The notes beneath the pieces were generated by a model, which searched no databases, was not told the origin of the DNA, and saw only the letters and a program-made list of their open reading frames with translations. A stretch of 63,746 nucleotides of DNA, filler included, from Vannella sp. (taxonomy: Eukaryota): the NCBI GenBank assembly GCA_023345925.1. It is 8 parts of 8 records of this genome, joined end to end, with 100 filler letters (N's around TTAATTAATTAA, not from the genome) between each part and the next. Parts side by side here need not be neighbours in the genome. Positions count along the whole stretch, not along the records: positions 60,630 to 63,746 come from JAJQQN010001388.1; 7 more parts are not named here. One strand, 5' to 3'. The translations under genes were made by a program, and so were the position numbers. Shown in pieces: positions 61,854 through 63,746 of this stretch. Position 1 is the first letter of the stretch; every line of letters begins with the position of its first letter.

Positions 61854-63692
61854 TCACTTTGAGGGCATTACAATCCAAGCATCAGCGGATGTTTCAGATC
61901 GAAGAAGTCGGTCGCGTGGATATTCAATGGAATATTTGATTGGCAAATGCAGTGAATCCCCCGCAGGAACGGAACGGACCAGTTCAAATCGACCCTTGGA
62001 AAGCAGGTTTGACTTGACTTCTGGTTCCAACAGGCGAACACGAATACGCTCTTCCACTGTTTTGGGGAATTGGTCCAAAATAGACACTGCAATGTCAATC
62101 TCTTTGTGGTTCTCGATGGTGATGAAAGCCGTGTGCGTTTGGGTCGTCGATTTACTGATAAACCCAGAGACCTCCGTCACCGCAGCTTTCTTGTAATAAC
62201 TCACCTTCACATCGTCGTCTGCTCCCACAAAAAGATCCAACTTGTCTCCGGGCTCGATGTTTGAGATTTGGGTAGTTCCCACAAAGGCATTGTCAAAGTA
62301 GATCTCGCATTGTCCAGGTATCAAAGGGTACGTCGAAGAGTTGAGGGCAATCACCCGTAAAAACGCCTTCGTAAGAACTTTCGGGACCGTTATGTACCGG
62401 AAATCCCCTTGGAAGGGGAGAATCCCTGCTGTCAACTTTTTGAGAATCCCTCCAGCTGGTATTGTGCAAAGGCGTGGCACAACGAGAGACATGCTGGCGG
62501 GCTGATACGGATATCGCCTAGCGGGATTCCGGAAACGGGGCGTTCCATCAGTGCTTGACCGACTAGCTGCTCGTGCTCGAGTATTGCCTTCCTCTATATC
62601 ACCCTCTGGTCCAGCTGGCCCATTATCCGTCTCTTCAGTTGCTTCAGTCTCGATACGAAATTCCTCTGGCTCTATCTGTTGCCAGATATGAGCTGTTGGT
62701 AAAGAAGGCTCTGAAGTTCCGCTAATGGGGTGGACAGTGGATAAGCCGATCCGGGCGTTGCTCCAGTGGAGATGGCTTCCTTGTCGGACCAAACCACAAT
62801 AACTCACTTCCACTTTCTTGCTCTTGGAGTCTATTCTGACATCATAGGAAGGCTCCCAAGAGGCATCAGACATTAAATAAGTGATCTTAAGGTCCATCTG
62901 GTTCCCATTCACCTGAGGAAAGTCTTCTTCGCTGGAAGGGCGCTTCAAGAACTCACCTGAACTTCTTCCTCGCTATGCATCAGCACGACCACCTCCCACA
63001 GAGGATCTGAGAGCTTTTTGTTTTGGTTCTCTTCTACTTTGCGAGTCAAATCGGCTATTTCCTGGTCTATCTCTGTCGATGGAGTGAGCCAACCCTTCAT
63101 TCAGAGTTTTGGTGCAAGTACCGTTCATCTCTTGCTGAAGGCATGTCACACGTGATCGCAATGAAGACATTTCTTCCATATAACGATCTCCCAGAGCCTC
63201 GAGGACGGCAAAAGAGGAAGGAGACGCTAAATGTAGTTGGTCTCGGAGGATAGGCTGGGAGGATGAGCGCCGCGCGTGGTTCATGAATCTCTCAATCATT
63301 TCTTCGCGCTCTTGAAGGCACTTGACTTCGACCATCTTCTTCCTTCCCTCCACACGGCGAGTGCGAAGAGTTTCGGTGAGTTGCGCTGTCCTCTCTGATC
63401 GCAGCCTGGCCTGATCCGAAGCTTCTTCATTCAGTTCCACCTACCCTTGGTTAGACCAAGTGCTAACTATGGCTTCCCCGCTCACCTTGATGAGCCGCAC
63501 GAGCGGGTGGCTCTCCAATTGAAGAGAACGCCGAAGGAACGAGCTTGGCAGGGACCGCACGCGCACCAGCGTCGCCCCACACTGAATACTCAACGCTACA
63601 GTATGTGTAACTTGCGCATGAGTCTGAAACACGGCCACATGGGCCACCACAGCCTCCTCCAACTTGACAGTCACTTGGTGTTCGGGTATCAT
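61854..63692 (-). CDS. DUF4140/DUF4139 (mucoidy inhibitor MuiA / F37C4.5-like) protein
   Basis: N-terminal VAHVAVFQTHAQVTH, coiled coil, LKITYLMSDASWEPSYDVR, WSNARIGLST, PLIPG..IYFDNAFVG. Confidence 0.85.
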
Positions 63693-63746
63693 CTCCCAAA
63701 GCCTTCCAAAAAATAAATAAAAAAAGAAAATAATTCAACAAAAATG

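Noticed and set aside
1..63746. Alternative genetic code or stop readthrough to explain fragmented ORFs
   Set aside because: The breaks I examined resolve with short spliceosomal introns, apart from two local frameshifts. TAA, TAG and TGA all terminate conserved genes.

Overview
Eukaryotic microbial DNA: compact, roughly 50% GC, mostly 45-60 bp GT-AG introns. The gene content is Amoebozoa-like (inference). It is not one continuous locus: 8 contigs are joined by artificial 100-bp N/TTAATTAATTAA/N spacers. About 30 protein genes are supported, including NOMO, BRAP2, a Roco kinase, a DEAH-RING helicase, RluA, two RCC1-like proteins, two RBR E3 ligases, shugoshin, COMMD6, mL44, spinster, PA2G4, a BEACH protein, a Crinkler-like NTPase, a PH-RasGEF-kinase, BOP1, a Rab and a DUF4139 protein. 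The most unusual items appear only after manual splicing. (1) The Roco kinase carries an extra N-terminal degenerate Ras-fold pseudo-GTPase, joined through a GC-AG intron. (2) A REEP/HVA22 ER-shaping domain is fused to an RBR E3 ligase and a ZZ finger. (3) A Rab1-like GTPase has an N-terminal MACC motif and no C-terminal prenylation cysteines. (4) A tandem pair of unknown small proteins has a NAC/CG-1/WOPR-like pattern and a shared C-terminal motif. (5) A ~40-bp repeat cluster sits directly after an intronless helicase. (6) An internally deleted copy of BEACH-gene sequence lies 7.6 kb from its source. (7) An 8-bp repeat expansion frameshifts the Crinkler-like gene. All family assignments come from motif recognition by eye; no searches were run.
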